Below, one piece after another: positions 62,748-64,000 of a stretch of DNA of 64,000 bases. Position 1 is the stretch's first letter; every line of letters starts with the position of its first letter. A program made the position numbers and the translations under genes. Location of the stretch: NCBI GenBank assembly GCA_050253415.1, contig JBFWJC010000002.1, forward strand, positions 1 through 64,000. Reading direction: 5' to 3'. The notes under the pieces were generated by a model, which searched no databases, had not been told where the DNA came from, and saw nothing but the letters and a program-made list of their open reading frames with translations. The stretch comes from Pedobacter sp. (GTDB lineage Bacteria > Desulfobacterota > Desulfuromonadia > Desulfuromonadales > Syntrophotaleaceae).

Positions 62748-63281
62748 ATGATACGCACTTGCACCATCGATACCCCTTTGGGGCCTATGACGGCTGCGGC
62801 TTTGAACGGCAAGCTTATCGGTTTATGGTTTGTGGGCCAGAAACACTATCCGGCCGCTGCGCAGAGCTGGGCGTCCCAGCCCGATTATCCTGTTCTGGTA
62901 AATTTACGGGCATGGATCGAGGAATACTTTGCGGGGAAGGGTGAAAGATTTGATCTGCCATTGGAGCCGCAGGGGACCCCTTTTCAAAAAGCCGTCTGGA
63001 AAATCCTGCTGCAGGTGCCACCGGGAAAAACCATCACCTACGGAGATATTGCCAGACAACTCGCGGCTGTACGCGGTGTGCCTTCCATGTCGGCCCAGGC
63101 CGTGGGAGGCGCTATCGGGCGCAACCCCATTTCCATCCTGATCCCCTGTCATCGAGTGATCGGGGCCGACGGTAGTCTGACCGGCTACGCAGCGGGCGTG
63201 GATAAAAAACAGGCGCTGTTGCAGTTGGAAGGGGCTGGCAGGAACCCGGATGCAGTGCCGGGTTCATTACCAAATAGGTAG
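62748..63281 (+). CDS. ogt: Methylated-DNA-protein-cysteine methyltransferase
   Basis: GTPFQKAVW, AVGGAIGRNP, IPCHRV. Confidence 0.93.
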   Translation: MIRTCTIDTPLGPMTAAALNGKLIGLWFVGQKHYPAAAQSWASQPDYPVLVNLRAWIEEYFAGKGERFDLPLEPQGTPFQKAVWKILLQVPPGKTITYGDIARQLAAVRGVPSMSAQAVGGAIGRNPISILIPCHRVIGADGSLTGYAAGVDKKQALLQLEGAGRNPDAVPGSLPNR

Positions 63282-63294
63282 AAAGGGCATTATT

Positions 63295-63413
63295 ACCACG
63301 AAGGACACGAAGTGCACGAAGACAGACGTAAAGGCAAACCTTTATGTGCTTTTTAAAATACCTAAAGAAATGGTTTTGGTTTTTCTTCGTGTCCTTCGTG
63401 CTCTTCGTGGTGA
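63295..63413. repeat. REP-like palindromic element, same family as 61181
   Basis: ACCACGAAGGACACGAAGTGCACGAAGA ... TCTTCGTGTCCTTCGTGCTCTTCGTGGT. Confidence 0.8.
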
Positions 63414-63457
63414 AAATCTAAATAAAAACTTCTATCTCTTATCCTCAATTGTCCCGC

Positions 63458-64000
63458 CTATCCCTGAAAATCCTTGAAACTCACCCTGAAAAATAAGCTG
63501 TAGAGCACCGGCACGACACCCAAAGTCAGTACCGTCGCGAAGATCAGACCGAAAATGATGGCGATGGCCATGGTCTCCCACAACGGGCCGCCGCCGAGCC
63601 ACAGAGGCAGCAGGCCGCCGACGGTGGTGCCTGTAGTCAGCAGGATCGGTCGTAATCGGCGCATGGCCGATTCGAGGATGGCCTGGGCCGGTGGCAGGCC
63701 GTTCTGCTCGATTTCGATATTGATGCGGTCGATGAGCACAATGGCATTGTTTATGACGATCCCCGCCAACGATATAATCCCCAGCAAGGTCATGAAGCCG
63801 AAATAACTGCCGGTCAGCAACAGGCCGATGGTGACGCCGATCATGCCCAACGGGATGGTAAGCAGGATGATCAGGGGGCGTCGCAGAGAGTTGAATTGCC
63901 CCACCAGCAGCAGTACCACGATCAGTCCGGTAATCGGCAGGTTGACAGCGATCGACTCGTTGGCTTTGCCCGAGGTCTCCAGCTCCCCGCCCATCTCATA
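63458..64000 (-). CDS. RND efflux permease (AcrB family), C-terminal part; runs off the window
   Basis: GIVINNAIVLID, RLRPILLT, TLGVVPVLY. Confidence 0.92.
   Translation of the reverse strand, partial: YEMGGELETSGKANESIAVNLPITGLIVVLLLVGQFNSLRRPLIILLTIPLGMIGVTIGLLLTGSYFGFMTLLGIISLAGIVINNAIVLIDRINIEIEQNGLPPAQAILESAMRRLRPILLTTGTTVGGLLPLWLGGGPLWETMAIAIIFGLIFATVLTLGVVPVLYSLFFRVSFKDFQG

Overview
Bacterial chromosome, most likely an anaerobic Desulfuromonadales (Pelobacter/Syntrophotalea-like); this is inferred from gene content only. Three zones are visible. (1) 1-19.0 kb is a nitrosative-stress/nitrite cluster: ric, a qNor remnant, fprA-hcp, a fused NirB-NirD and an HPP-family transporter, with four Fnr/HcpR-type boxes. 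It also holds a TetR-controlled MacAB-TolC-like exporter, signalling genes and IS3 remnants. (2) 19.5-33.4 kb is an integrated element whose right end interrupts pncB. It encodes three consecutive tyrosine recombinases, a small coiled-coil protein, a RecD2-like helicase and a second small protein (GInt/Tn554-like). Next to this operon lie a 1-kb non-coding array of 16 copies of a 21-bp box spaced alternately about 77 and 57 bp apart, two direct copies of an IS21-like end, two orphan antitoxins and an AT-rich RelA/SpoT-synthetase + TPR-like gene. (3) 34-64 kb is mostly housekeeping: tol-pal, ilvA, queC-folE2, pyk, fabH, MscS, a complete N-ATPase operon, a radical SAM protein, ogt and a partial RND pump. 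The best candidate for an undescribed system is the recombinase-trio/helicase element with its two-period repeat array. All calls come from motif recognition by eye; no database searches were run.
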